From Promethearchaeota archaeon (GTDB lineage Archaea > Asgardarchaeota > Lokiarchaeia > Sigyniarchaeales > SOKP01): DNA of 64,000 bases. Made by a program: the position numbers and the translations under genes. Positions 1 to 10,158 of this stretch are shown here, one piece after another. The DNA lies in NCBI GenBank assembly GCA_016839745.1, contig JAEOTS010000045.1:15750-79749 (forward strand). Reading direction: 5' to 3'. The notes under the pieces were generated by a model that searched no databases, was not told the origin of the DNA, and was given only the letters and a program-made list of their open reading frames with translations. Position 1 is the stretch's first letter; each line of letters opens with the position of its first letter.

Positions 1-1019
1 TGAGCTCCTACATTCCAATGAAATCTCAAGATATCAATTTTATTAAAATAATTTGAGCTAATATGCCATGTCGGATCACAAGCAATCCAACCTATATTTG
101 GTACGTAATATTCCATCCATGCCTGCAACATCATTGTTGAACTGGAATCATTAAAGGTAAATTGGTATATATCATTAATTTTTGGCTCGAATAAAGAATT
201 ATTTGAAATTAAAAATCCAGTAACTTTACGAGCAGGAATATTCTGAATTCTTAAGAGTGTAATCATCAAACTTGAATATTCACTACAATCCCCCTCTCTA
301 TTATTATATGCCCATAAGGCACCCTTTTCTTGAAACGGAAGATTTCCATTGTAAGTAAGATTATTTGAAACCCACTCAATAATTTTTCGAGCTTTCTCAA
401 TGGGATTATCATCATAACTAACGATGCTATTAGAAAGGTCTATTAAGGTCGGATCGTCTCTTTCATAATAGGGCTCTGAATTATTACAATATAAATCAAA
501 AATTTCATCACTTGTATCGTAATCTCCTATATCCTCGTCATTAATATCTTGAAATTCTATTTTATTTAACTTAACTGTATATTTTTGATTAAAAGTAATT
601 TCTTCGCCTGGTGAGAGGCTGGCATTAAATGAATCGTATGTATTATTAAACTTATCATGATGTCCTGTATTAATCTCAGAAGGGTTATATCCACCGATAT
701 AATTATACAAAAGCTCACTTTCTTGATAAGGGGGGCAAAATTTTGTTAAAGGAGAGTCAGGAATACGATTATTTAATCTTGCAAATTTAAAATAATACTC
801 ACCAGGAGTATATGTGGGAGTTAACGAAAAATTAGTTTCAATCTGATAAGTAACAGTTTGAGAGATATTATATTTTGATACACCCATATTTGATTGGGAT
901 GAAAATTGAAAAGAGTATCTATCTTGAGCGTCAAAGTTGAATGGGAAAAAGATACTTAATGGGATAAGAAAAGTTATAATGAAAAAGCCTATAAAAACGA
1001 AAATATTCTTATTTTTCAT
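1..1019 (-). CDS. Secreted/membrane-anchored transglutaminase-like domain protein (3' end runs off the window)
   Basis: Not in the ORF track; translated by hand from ATG at 1019: MKNKNIFVFIGFFIITFLIPLSIFF... (signal/TM), then EGDCSEYSSLMITLLRIQNIPARKVTG and LQAWMEYYVPNIGWIACDPT, the transglutaminase-like core motifs. No stop seen before the window edge. Confidence 0.85.
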   Translation of the reverse strand, partial: MKNKNIFVFIGFFIITFLIPLSIFFPFNFDAQDRYSFQFSSQSNMGVSKYNISQTVTYQIETNFSLTPTYTPGEYYFKFARLNNRIPDSPLTKFCPPYQESELLYNYIGGYNPSEINTGHHDKFNNTYDSFNASLSPGEEITFNQKYTVKLNKIEFQDINDEDIGDYDTSDEIFDLYCNNSEPYYERDDPTLIDLSNSIVSYDDNPIEKARKIIEWVSNNLTYNGNLPFQEKGALWAYNNREGDCSEYSSLMITLLRIQNIPARKVTGFLISNNSLFEPKINDIYQFTFNDSSSTMMLQAWMEYYVPNIGWIACDPTWHISSNYFNKIDILRFHWNVGA

Positions 1020-1153
1020 CTTAAATTTAATAAAATCTTTGTCTTTTTATTGGTATAAAATTATTATAAAAATATTATAAGAAAATATTTAAACTATTTT
1101 ACTTTTTTTCGAGAGCTCAAGTGAAATGAGTTGATTTATTCATTCATTACGAT

Positions 1154-4021
1154 TTAAAAGATAATATTTTTTCTTCTCGCAATATATTTAAAAATCTCTA
1201 TTCCAATTATTCCTGGTAATGCAAGCAAAATACATATAATCCAATCGGAACCGCTCAAAAAGAGAAAATTAATTTGAAAGTCTAATCCAAACTCATCGTT
1301 TACATAATAATTTACTGTTTGGGAAAACATAATATAGAGTACATGCAAAGCAAGTGTAAAAAGACTAACCACGAATAAAGAGAGACTGAATTCCCTTCTA
1401 AAGCTTTTAAATAGACTTTTATTCGGTCGTCTAATACTCCAAATAAATGTAGTTTCCACGATATACAATGTTGTAATAAACATAGTTCTTGCCTTTTGGG
1501 AGAGTAATTCGTCAGGAGTCGAACCAATTGGCAAATAACTAATGTCTGGATTAAGATTCCATTCGTTTAGTGGGAAAGCGCCTCCTAAGGTCAATTGAAG
1601 CACTAAAAATAAGCCAATTCCCATTAAAAATGCTTGTGTTAATAATAGAATCCACATATTCCTATTTAATAACTGTGCCTTGTCTCTCGGAGGTTCCCTC
1701 ATCACATCTTTAGGATGCTTATCAATTACTAAGGCTAAAGCTGGTAAAGAATGAACAATTCCATAAATATAGATATGCTGCCATTCTGAACTAAATAACT
1801 GAAAAAAAGGAATAAATTCATAAGAGAAAAATATCACAGATTCCATTAAATTTAAACAAATAAAAAAATATATGATTGTACGTATTCTTGCAAATAAACC
1901 GCGACCAATCTTTACACCTCTAACTATAGATGTGAAGTTATCATCACTCACAACCATGTCCGCAGTTTCTTTGGCTACATCAGTACCTGTTATTCCCATG
2001 GCTATCCCAGCATTTGCTAATTTTAAAGCTAATGCATCATTAATACCGTCACCGGTCATAGCACAGATGTGATCATCTGACTGATACCTTTTTACAATTA
2101 CCTCCTTATCAGAAGGATTAACTCGTGCGAACACAGACACTCTCTCGAAATCTTTATCGCTTAAATTATTAATTTCTGAGCCTTCTACCACTAGATCACC
2201 TTCCTTATAAATTCTCATTTGAGCTGCTATAGTTTTGGCTGTTGCAGGATGGTCCCCTGTAATCATTGATATTTTAATACCAGCGGATTCACTCTCCTCT
2301 ACTGAAGCCCTCACTCCAGGTCTTGGAGGGTCTAGTATTGAAACATATCCTAAGAAAACAAGATTATTTTCGACTTCTTGTCTTTTAAAGTCTTGTTCTC
2401 CCTCGATTTTCTTATATCCAATAGCCAAAGTTCGATATCCTTGTTTCGCTCGGATTTGTATGCTGTCTGTTAAGAGCACCTTTAGTTTTTCAGTTAATTG
2501 TTCTTGTACACCATTTATTTCAATTTGAGTTGTTATATCTAAAAGCCTTTCTGGAGCTCCTTTCGAGAATGCTATAATTGTAGTATCATCGTCATTAAGT
2601 TTACAAACAGTTGTCATTCTTTTAAATTCAGAACTAAACGAAAATTCTTTTAAAGGTAAATATTTTTTTTTAATATCATACGGGATGTACCCTGCTTTTT
2701 CAGCTAACACTAATAATGAAGCTTCTGTTGGCGAGCCTAAAGCCTTTCTTACGGGAATTTCCTTTGATTCTTTTAATCGAACCTTTACATCCTCATATAC
2801 TAAATTTGCGTTATTATTTAATACGCTTGAATCAATGAACTTTATAAATGTAGAATTTTCCTTTAAGCTCACATTGTTTCCATTTTCGAGAATAATCCCA
2901 TCAGGATCATAACCTGAACCCGTAACTTGGTATTCTTTATTATTTATCCAAAGATTTTCAACCGTCATTTCGTTCTTAGTAATTGTACCAGTCTTATCTG
3001 AACAAATTACGGATACGCGACCGAGAGATTCAATTGCAGATAAATTTTTTATTATAACTCCACTTTGAGCCATGTTAAGAACACCTGTAACCAAAACGAG
3101 CGTTGTTAATAGAGGTAAATTAATAGGCATGATCCCCATTGATCTTAGAATGGAAGATATTATCGCATCACGTATATTCACACCAAAAAATAAACCTTCT
3201 AATCCTAAAACAGAAAATTTATACACAATTAAGACGATTAAGTAAAGGATAACAATAGTTCCAAGAATATAGCCTAACCTATTTAATTTTCTCGTTAGAG
3301 GAATATCCTCGATACTTCCCATCTCGTTCAGTTGATTTGAAATTTTTCCAATCTCAGTATTAAGACCTGTTCCAGTGACTACTGCTTTCAATCTACCGGT
3401 ATTTATGTAAGTCCCCATGAACACCATATTACTTTGGTTCTGAATAGATAAACCTTTGTCTTTAATCTCTTTATCATTCTTTTCTACTGGTTCGCTCTCA
3501 CCAGTAAGTGGAGCCTCGTCAATGGTTAGATTGACCAATTCAAGAATTCTAGCATCTGCACCGATTTTGTCGCCTTGTTCTAATAGAATAATATCTCCTG
3601 GAACCAGTTCTTTTGTAGGAATTTCAAATTGGATCCCATCTCGTAAGACGACCGTTTTTAAAGCAGCAATTTGTCTTAAAGCTTCTAAAGCTTTTTGAGC
3701 TCTATACTGTTGAGTTATTACGGTAATTGAATTAATAATTACTACCGTAAATGTTATGATTGTTGATGTTCTATCTCCGAGTAATATAACGATTCCTCCC
3801 GAAATTATTAAAATTATAATTAAAAAATTAAAAATAGGCGCGAGATATACTTTCCATAATGATTTTCTAATCTTTGGTAGTTCGTTGCATCCATATTTAT
3901 GCTTTCTTTTTTCAATCTCGGAAGTACTCAAACCATTATTAATATCTGTTTGAAATGTAGTAATTAAACTTTCTATAGGTTGAAAATAAGCTATATCAGA
4001 AGGAGGCTGGGTTTGAATCAT
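1154..4021 (-). CDS. P-type ATPase, P2A-like architecture with non-canonical membrane ion-binding residues
   Basis: LTGES, SDKTGT phosphorylation motif, KGAPE, DPPR, MITGD, TGDGIND; about 10 TM segments; TM4 reads PINLP instead of PEGLP. Confidence 0.93.
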   Translation of the reverse strand: MIQTQPPSDIAYFQPIESLITTFQTDINNGLSTSEIEKRKHKYGCNELPKIRKSLWKVYLAPIFNFLIIILIISGGIVILLGDRTSTIITFTVVIINSITVITQQYRAQKALEALRQIAALKTVVLRDGIQFEIPTKELVPGDIILLEQGDKIGADARILELVNLTIDEAPLTGESEPVEKNDKEIKDKGLSIQNQSNMVFMGTYINTGRLKAVVTGTGLNTEIGKISNQLNEMGSIEDIPLTRKLNRLGYILGTIVILYLIVLIVYKFSVLGLEGLFFGVNIRDAIISSILRSMGIMPINLPLLTTLVLVTGVLNMAQSGVIIKNLSAIESLGRVSVICSDKTGTITKNEMTVENLWINNKEYQVTGSGYDPDGIILENGNNVSLKENSTFIKFIDSSVLNNNANLVYEDVKVRLKESKEIPVRKALGSPTEASLLVLAEKAGYIPYDIKKKYLPLKEFSFSSEFKRMTTVCKLNDDDTTIIAFSKGAPERLLDITTQIEINGVQEQLTEKLKVLLTDSIQIRAKQGYRTLAIGYKKIEGEQDFKRQEVENNLVFLGYVSILDPPRPGVRASVEESESAGIKISMITGDHPATAKTIAAQMRIYKEGDLVVEGSEINNLSDKDFERVSVFARVNPSDKEVIVKRYQSDDHICAMTGDGINDALALKLANAGIAMGITGTDVAKETADMVVSDDNFTSIVRGVKIGRGLFARIRTIIYFFICLNLMESVIFFSYEFIPFFQLFSSEWQHIYIYGIVHSLPALALVIDKHPKDVMREPPRDKAQLLNRNMWILLLTQAFLMGIGLFLVLQLTLGGAFPLNEWNLNPDISYLPIGSTPDELLSQKARTMFITTLYIVETTFIWSIRRPNKSLFKSFRREFSLSLFVVSLFTLALHVLYIMFSQTVNYYVNDEFGLDFQINFLFLSGSDWIICILLALPGIIGIEIFKYIARRKNIIF

Positions 4022-4126
4022 TTCAATATCTATTTCTAATTTAGATTACATCAATTATGAAAGAATATTGATTTAAACATTTGTAATTATATATTCTTTT
4101 CTCTAATCCTTTGATAACTTATATAA

Positions 4127-5089
4127 TTAGGCATGAGATTCTTGTGGATCTCCCAAAATATCAACTAATACATGATATTTCTTTCTGATTGTTGTACTTG
4201 AAAATCTGCTAGTTTGTTCAACAATACTTTGAGTAAAAATTTTGCGATTATCTAGCGTTTGTCCTATATAATAAATCAATCCGGCAGTGAATGCTTTGTA
4301 ATTTAAGTTTAGAATTTTATCGTATGGAATTATGCTTAAAAGTTCATCTGCTAACAATTGCATTTCCATTTTTAATTTCGTGTATTCCTGTTCGTTCTGA
4401 AAATGTTGTTTTACTCTTTCATATTGGATAATGTTTAAATCTTTTTGAAAAAGAATTTTAACTTTGCTCTTTATTTCTTGCTCTAAGTTGATTGTGTTTT
4501 TATAACCCTTTATTCTTTTATCTGTTCGCTTAACTTTTAGCATGGCATTATTAAGCATTTTCTTGTTTATTTTATGTCCCAGTTCTTTAGAAGTTTTTAT
4601 GAAATCTTCAACTCTTACATTAGTTGTTTCCTTGATCTCCATCCAAATAATCGCTAGGAAAATAATAACCATATTTTCGTAGGTTTGACGATGATACTTG
4701 TTATATCGTAGATATTTATCCTTAATTTCATTATATTTAGCGTTATCAATACTTAATCCAATACCATTACCCTTCAACATGCTAATAGTTTTCTTCTGTT
4801 CAGTAAAGCTACTTTCAGAATCCCGAAACCATTTATTTAGAGTTTTTATCTGTTCATAACGTTTTCTTGTTTCTGGATCCTGAATTGCTTTAGAGTCGCT
4901 CATTCTTATTTTTCTCTCGTATTCTAATTGAGAATCAGAATAAAAATCTGGAGCAGGAGTTCTTTCAAAAGCAATTTGATCTGTCTCAATTAAGCCACAA
5001 TCTTGACATACAAAGAAACCTCCTTCTTGTTTTACATTCTTATGCATACATTCGGTATCTTCCGCGTAATCTTTCTTATTATCGTTCAA
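4127..5089 (-). CDS. Divergent TFB/TFIIB-like protein
   Basis: N-terminal Zn ribbon (CMH...CQDCG) and C-terminal cyclin-fold/HTH-like segment (FTAGLIYY...FTQSIVEQTSRFSSTTIRKKY) resembling the end of TFB. Confidence 0.7.
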   Translation of the reverse strand: MNDNKKDYAEDTECMHKNVKQEGGFFVCQDCGLIETDQIAFERTPAPDFYSDSQLEYERKIRMSDSKAIQDPETRKRYEQIKTLNKWFRDSESSFTEQKKTISMLKGNGIGLSIDNAKYNEIKDKYLRYNKYHRQTYENMVIIFLAIIWMEIKETTNVRVEDFIKTSKELGHKINKKMLNNAMLKVKRTDKRIKGYKNTINLEQEIKSKVKILFQKDLNIIQYERVKQHFQNEQEYTKLKMEMQLLADELLSIIPYDKILNLNYKAFTAGLIYYIGQTLDNRKIFTQSIVEQTSRFSSTTIRKKYHVLVDILGDPQESHA

Positions 5090-5264
5090 GAATTTATCAA
5101 TTAATTGAGTATATTTACTTATTTTCGCTAATAGTTCAAAAAAAATATTAGTTTCTTATTTATAAATTTTTTATATAAAACCATCACATTAAATATAATA
5201 TAAAAGATTCTAAAAAAAATATAGAATAATAATTTATTTTCTGAAAATAACGAGTTGGTTAAGC

Positions 5265-5831
5265 ATGGAACGTAAAGCTGTTTTAAAGTGGTTAAAAATT
5301 TTTAGTGTTAGTTTCTTAATTCTTTCTATAGTTGAACTCCTTGATTTAATATTTATTAGTTCTTTAATTAATTTAAATTTAGATAGCACGCAGTATAGTA
5401 TTATTAGCATAATTTTTCAATCCAATTTTATGACAATTCACGCTATGCTTTTATGGATCATTTTATTATGCATAATTTGTAGTTTTATCATTTTATCGTT
5501 CTCGATTTTTAGAGTTGCTACAAGGAATAAGATCAAAGACTACATACTCGCTAAGTTTTTACTGCTCATTGGTTTGTTTCTAATAATAGGGGATTTTATT
5601 AAAACAAATTTCATTTTATTATTAGGTAACAGCACTATAAAAACGGGTATAACCACTATTACATTACAAGACGCGCTTTATACGCCATCTATTACTCCTA
5701 TATTCGGGGCTATAATGTGGATTTATTTTACTGTTGTTGTAAGTTGTTTTTTAATCTCTGGATTAATATTTGGTGGAATAGGTCTTAAGTGGATGCTTCT
5801 TATCCAAGATGAAGAAACTTCCAAACAATAA
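5265..5831 (+). CDS. Hypothetical 4-TM membrane protein
   Basis: 188-aa ORF with four hydrophobic segments. Confidence 0.75.
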   Translation: MERKAVLKWLKIFSVSFLILSIVELLDLIFISSLINLNLDSTQYSIISIIFQSNFMTIHAMLLWIILLCIICSFIILSFSIFRVATRNKIKDYILAKFLLLIGLFLIIGDFIKTNFILLLGNSTIKTGITTITLQDALYTPSITPIFGAIMWIYFTVVVSCFLISGLIFGGIGLKWMLLIQDEETSKQ

Positions 5832-5929
5832 AATTAAATTAACAAAATTTGTTTCTTTTGTTCGAAAATAAAAAAAAAGAAAAGATAACTTTTTAATCGA
5901 TCAAGTCGATTAATTTAGCTTTAGTTCAC

Positions 5930-6862
5930 CTAAAGCCTTGATTTTATTTGTTTTGCCCTGCTACGTAGTGTCACTTCGGTTATTTTAGCTATATCAGCCA
6001 CAAGAGATTGAGTTCTTCTAATAGCTCCATCCTTTGCTGCGATATAGATACAAGCGGCAGCTAATCCTTTAGGGTCTTTCCCTGTGCGCGCTAAACCGTT
6101 CTGAGATGCCGTTCTTAACATGTCAATTGCATCCTTTTGAACCTTCATAGGCAATTCTAATTCGTTTCCAAATCTAAAAACTAAAATTTCAGCTGTTATA
6201 GGCTGATATCTCAACCCTAATTGAGGTAATACTTCCCTTATAATCATAGCTAAACTTCTGTGAACAGTTCTTCTAGGCGTTAAAGAAGCCTCACATACTT
6301 CGTCTAATAATCGTGGAAAGTCATGAACTCGAATCGCAGCGTATAAAGAACCTGCGATGAAACCATTAATTGATCTTCCCATTGTTAATTTTTTCTTGGC
6401 AACAATACTGTAAATCTTCCAAGCTGTTTCTGAAATGTATTCTGGAATGTTTAATTTTGAAGTTAACATTTTTAATTTGGGTTTAGCTTCCCAGAAATTT
6501 CTTTCTATGCTTGAAATTAACGAATTTTGAATTTTAGATAAACGTGAAAATAAAGCTTGTTCTTTAGGTCCTATTGATTTGCCTTTTGAATCGGTCTTTG
6601 TGGTCGGAAGCATCGTTCTCGGGCCAAAATCTCGCCAACGAGGTTCAGTTCGTCTTCTATTTTGGATTTCTTCTACAGTATAGGCTCTTCTCTCGTTACC
6701 TACATATGTTCGCTCTGCAATCATGCCACAATTTAGACATACTTTATTACCATCGCGCTCTTCGATGGAAGGATTAGTACAACAATCAACCTTTTTACTA
6801 GAGGGCAAATTATCTTGATCAATATTTTTAGTTTTTATTAGATCACGGTAATTGCTATTCAT
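5930..6862 (-). CDS. tfb: Transcription initiation factor IIB (TFB)
   Basis: Zn ribbon (CC...CLNCG), B-reader-like ERRAY, two cyclin repeats (LTMGRSING; GKDPKGLAAACIYIA...TQSLVADIAKITEVTLRSR). Confidence 0.93.
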   Translation of the reverse strand: MNSNYRDLIKTKNIDQDNLPSSKKVDCCTNPSIEERDGNKVCLNCGMIAERTYVGNERRAYTVEEIQNRRRTEPRWRDFGPRTMLPTTKTDSKGKSIGPKEQALFSRLSKIQNSLISSIERNFWEAKPKLKMLTSKLNIPEYISETAWKIYSIVAKKKLTMGRSINGFIAGSLYAAIRVHDFPRLLDEVCEASLTPRRTVHRSLAMIIREVLPQLGLRYQPITAEILVFRFGNELELPMKVQKDAIDMLRTASQNGLARTGKDPKGLAAACIYIAAKDGAIRRTQSLVADIAKITEVTLRSRAKQIKSRL

Positions 6863-7145
6863 ATTATATCACAAAAAATGTGTCATTATAACATTCAAAT
6901 GGTACCATCTAAACATAAGATTGTATAAAAAATTAGATGTTGTTACGACTTTAATAATGTAATAATATGTATGTATCCAATCTGCATTTATAAATCTTTG
7001 TCTTGAAAATTATAGTGCATCATTAGAGGGGGAATAAAATGGGACACAAACAATAATAATTTACCCCTCTCTGTCAATATTTAATCAAAAACAATAAAAT
7101 TTTAGATTTATGCCCTTCTTAATGTAACTAAGAAAATAACTAAAT

Positions 7146-7673
7146 ATGGTTTATAGAATGGAATTTTACGATGTTGTGAGAAAAAGAAGGAGTTATAGAG
7201 TGTATAAACCCGATATACCCGAAGAAGATAAGATTAATCGAATTTTAGAGGCTGCTAGATTAGCTCCAACCTGGGCTAATAAGCAAGGAATGGAATATAT
7301 TGTCGTTAAAGACCCTGAAACGGTAAAAAGAGTTTGGAATGCGGTTGGTCAATCGCAGAAATTTGTTGAAGCTCCCATGTTTATCGTAGGTATTATTTCT
7401 GAATCGGGATCTGGAAGTAATTCCAATGGGATAAAATATTTTCCTTTAGATTGTGGAATCTGTTTTGAACATCTAATTTTAGCGGCAACCGCTGAAGGGT
7501 TAGCTACTTGTTGGATTGGTTGGTTCAATGAAACCAAGATACAAGAAATTCTCGACATACCAAAAAAATTCAGAGTTTTGGCATTAACACCTTTGGGATA
7601 TCCTGTTAAAGAAAAAGGAGAAGTCAAAGATCGAAAACCTCTTGAAGAAATCGTACATTTTGATAAATTCTAA
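7146..7673 (+). CDS. Nitroreductase family protein
   Basis: RRSYR, ARLAPTWANKQ, AEGLATCWIG, PLGYP, RKPLEE motifs. Confidence 0.93.
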   Translation: MVYRMEFYDVVRKRRSYRVYKPDIPEEDKINRILEAARLAPTWANKQGMEYIVVKDPETVKRVWNAVGQSQKFVEAPMFIVGIISESGSGSNSNGIKYFPLDCGICFEHLILAATAEGLATCWIGWFNETKIQEILDIPKKFRVLALTPLGYPVKEKGEVKDRKPLEEIVHFDKF

Positions 7674-7736
7674 TTTTTTTGAAATCCTACTTCATTAAGG
7701 AGTAAAGGTAAAATAATTTCTAATTTTATTTTATTT

Positions 7737-9455
7737 ATGCATATTGTTAGAATCAATGTAAAAACACATAAAATCAATTACGAAGAGATACTTAACGATT
7801 CAAAACATTTTTTATTAGGAGCTCGAGGGCTAACTTCGCAAATCGTTCACGATGAGGTTCCGCCCCGATGCGATCCGTTAGGACCAGAAAATAAACTAAT
7901 TTTGGCAAACGGTATACTAACGGGAAGTCCATTTCCAAATTCGGCTCGCACTTCAGTGGGTAGTAAAAGTCCTTTAACAAAGGGTATAAAAGAAGCAAAT
8001 GTGGGGGGCAGACCTTCACTAATGCTCGCTAAACATGGTATACGAGCCTTAGTCTTTGAAGATATATCCTCTGATTTAAAAATGCTTTTAATAAATGAGA
8101 AGGGAATCGAGTTATTACCCGGTACTGAATATAAGGGATTAGGAAACTACGAACTACATCAAATATTAAGAGGCAAATATGGAGAAAATATTGGAATTTA
8201 CTCTATAGGACCGGCAGGTGAACATAAGATGATATCAGCGAGCGTCGCTGCCAACGATTTAGAAGGATATCCAAGCAGACACGCGGCTCGAGGTGGTTTA
8301 GGGGCAGTTATGGGTTCAAAAGGGATCAAGGCCATTGTTATTCTACCTCCGAAAGAATCAAAAGTAAAAATGCACGATTTAAAAAAATTCAGGGAGGTTT
8401 CAACTCCTTTTGCCAAAGAACTAGCTAACACTAAAAAAGTCTTTTCTACATTTGGGACAGCTTTGATGATGAGGATAATGAGCGAACATCAAGGAATCCC
8501 TACGAAAAACTTTAGAATGGGATCCTTCGATAAAATTTCGAACATTAGTGGCGAAAAACTCCATGATCTCGTAATTGCGAGGGGGGGAAAGAAAAATTTA
8601 GCTTGCTCTCCTTATTGCGTTATAAAATGCTCTAATTTTGTTGTAGACGCGAACGGTAACCATATAACTTCCAGCCTTGAATATGAAACGATGTGCTTAA
8701 ATGGAACTAATTTACTTATTGACGACTTAGATAGCTTAGCTAAAATTGATCATTTCTGCGACGATGTAGGAGTCGATACTATAGAGTTTGGAGGTACTAT
8801 TGGTGTTGCTATGGATTGTGGTAAGATTCCTTGGGGAGATGCAAATTCAGTTTTTAATATCTTAGATAAAGAAATCCGGGAGAACACCGATGTTGGCAGA
8901 TTGTATGGTAATGGCGTTAAAAATATTGGAGAGAAATTAAACGCTCAGAGGATACCAGAAGTAAAAGGACAAGGTATTTCTGCGTATGATCCAAGAGTTT
9001 TTAAAGGAATGGGTGTTACATACGCAACAAGTCCAATGGGTGCCGATCATACAAGTGGAGCAGCAATAGCCGGCAGAGTAGCAAGTCAAACCAAAGATTA
9101 TGGCGAACTCACTAAAAACGAAGGAAAGTTTGAATTATCATTTGAATTACAAGTTTATACTACAATCTTGGATTCAATGGGCTGTTGTTATTTTATTGGA
9201 CCAAGTTACGAGAACATGGAGATTGTAACTGCTGCTATTAACGCGATGTATAATCTAGATTTATCAAGAGAGGATGTAATTAATATTGGAAAACAAATTC
9301 TTAAAACCGAGCTCACATTCAACGAGAAAGCAGGTATTTCCAAAAATACAAATGATGTTCCTGACTTTTTTAAGCTTGAGCCTTCTGAGCCTAGTGGTTT
9401 AAAATTTACATTTTCTAGAGAAGAATTACAAGATTTTTGGGAGAATTTAGATTAA
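7737..9455 (+). CDS. Aldehyde:ferredoxin oxidoreductase family (tungsten/molybdopterin) protein
   Basis: KSPLT, IGPAGE, AARGGLGAVMGSKGIKAI, EYET, DDVGVDTI, YDPR motifs; Cys cluster ligands (CSPYCVIKC). Confidence 0.92.
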   Translation: MHIVRINVKTHKINYEEILNDSKHFLLGARGLTSQIVHDEVPPRCDPLGPENKLILANGILTGSPFPNSARTSVGSKSPLTKGIKEANVGGRPSLMLAKHGIRALVFEDISSDLKMLLINEKGIELLPGTEYKGLGNYELHQILRGKYGENIGIYSIGPAGEHKMISASVAANDLEGYPSRHAARGGLGAVMGSKGIKAIVILPPKESKVKMHDLKKFREVSTPFAKELANTKKVFSTFGTALMMRIMSEHQGIPTKNFRMGSFDKISNISGEKLHDLVIARGGKKNLACSPYCVIKCSNFVVDANGNHITSSLEYETMCLNGTNLLIDDLDSLAKIDHFCDDVGVDTIEFGGTIGVAMDCGKIPWGDANSVFNILDKEIRENTDVGRLYGNGVKNIGEKLNAQRIPEVKGQGISAYDPRVFKGMGVTYATSPMGADHTSGAAIAGRVASQTKDYGELTKNEGKFELSFELQVYTTILDSMGCCYFIGPSYENMEIVTAAINAMYNLDLSREDVINIGKQILKTELTFNEKAGISKNTNDVPDFFKLEPSEPSGLKFTFSREELQDFWENLD

Positions 9456-9475
9456 ACAATAAACTCATAATTCAG

Positions 9476-10021
9476 TTAAATGTAGTTCAGTAAACCCTTT
9501 TTTCTCATTATAAATTCAGCTGTGATTATGAAAAATAACCCAGGAAGAAGAGTTGGCATTAAAAAAAGAACTATTACGATTATCTCTTCTAAACTCAACC
9601 ATAAAATAATATTAAGAACAAAAGAACTAAGACCGCTTAGTGCGAAAAGTATCTTGAGTCTTCGATATAATGAAAGTGAAAAGTGCCAACAACAGATTAA
9701 CAATAGATTTGAGCTTTCGATTAATATAAACATCATGATAAGCAATGTGTTATATGAGAAAATTGCGATAATATTTATTATAGCAGTATCAACAGCGATT
9801 AAAAATAAGAATTTCGTTGTATTTTTAATAAAAAAATCTTGTTCTAGTTTTAAGACTACACTAAGTAAAAATGATGGCAGAATTATACAAATTAGTAGTA
9901 GATATAATATTAGATCATTTAGAGCTAACATATTAAATAGAATCGATAAAATTAGACTTAATAAAATTAGAAATGAACCTAAGATTCTAAAAAATGCTCC
10001 TTTTTTACCTTGAATGATCAT
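9476..10021 (-). CDS. Hypothetical multi-TM membrane protein
   Basis: 181-aa, almost entirely hydrophobic ORF. Confidence 0.7.
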   Translation of the reverse strand: MIIQGKKGAFFRILGSFLILLSLILSILFNMLALNDLILYLLLICIILPSFLLSVVLKLEQDFFIKNTTKFLFLIAVDTAIINIIAIFSYNTLLIMMFILIESSNLLLICCWHFSLSLYRRLKILFALSGLSSFVLNIILWLSLEEIIVIVLFLMPTLLPGLFFIITAEFIMRKKGLLNYI

Positions 10022-10158
10022 TTCTAAACCGTTTTAGATAATTAATGACTAATAAGATCTAGATAACTCTAAGAAATTATAAATTTAAATAGAAAAAAAA
10101 GTATTTTGAATTAAGTGATAATTTTTAGAAATTTATAAAGATAAGAGTAATGTGAAAA

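Noticed and set aside
7025-7070. Inverted repeat AGAGGGG...CCCCTCT between tfb and the nitroreductase gene
   Set aside because: Only about 7 bp with a long loop and a single occurrence; not enough to call an operator or RNA.
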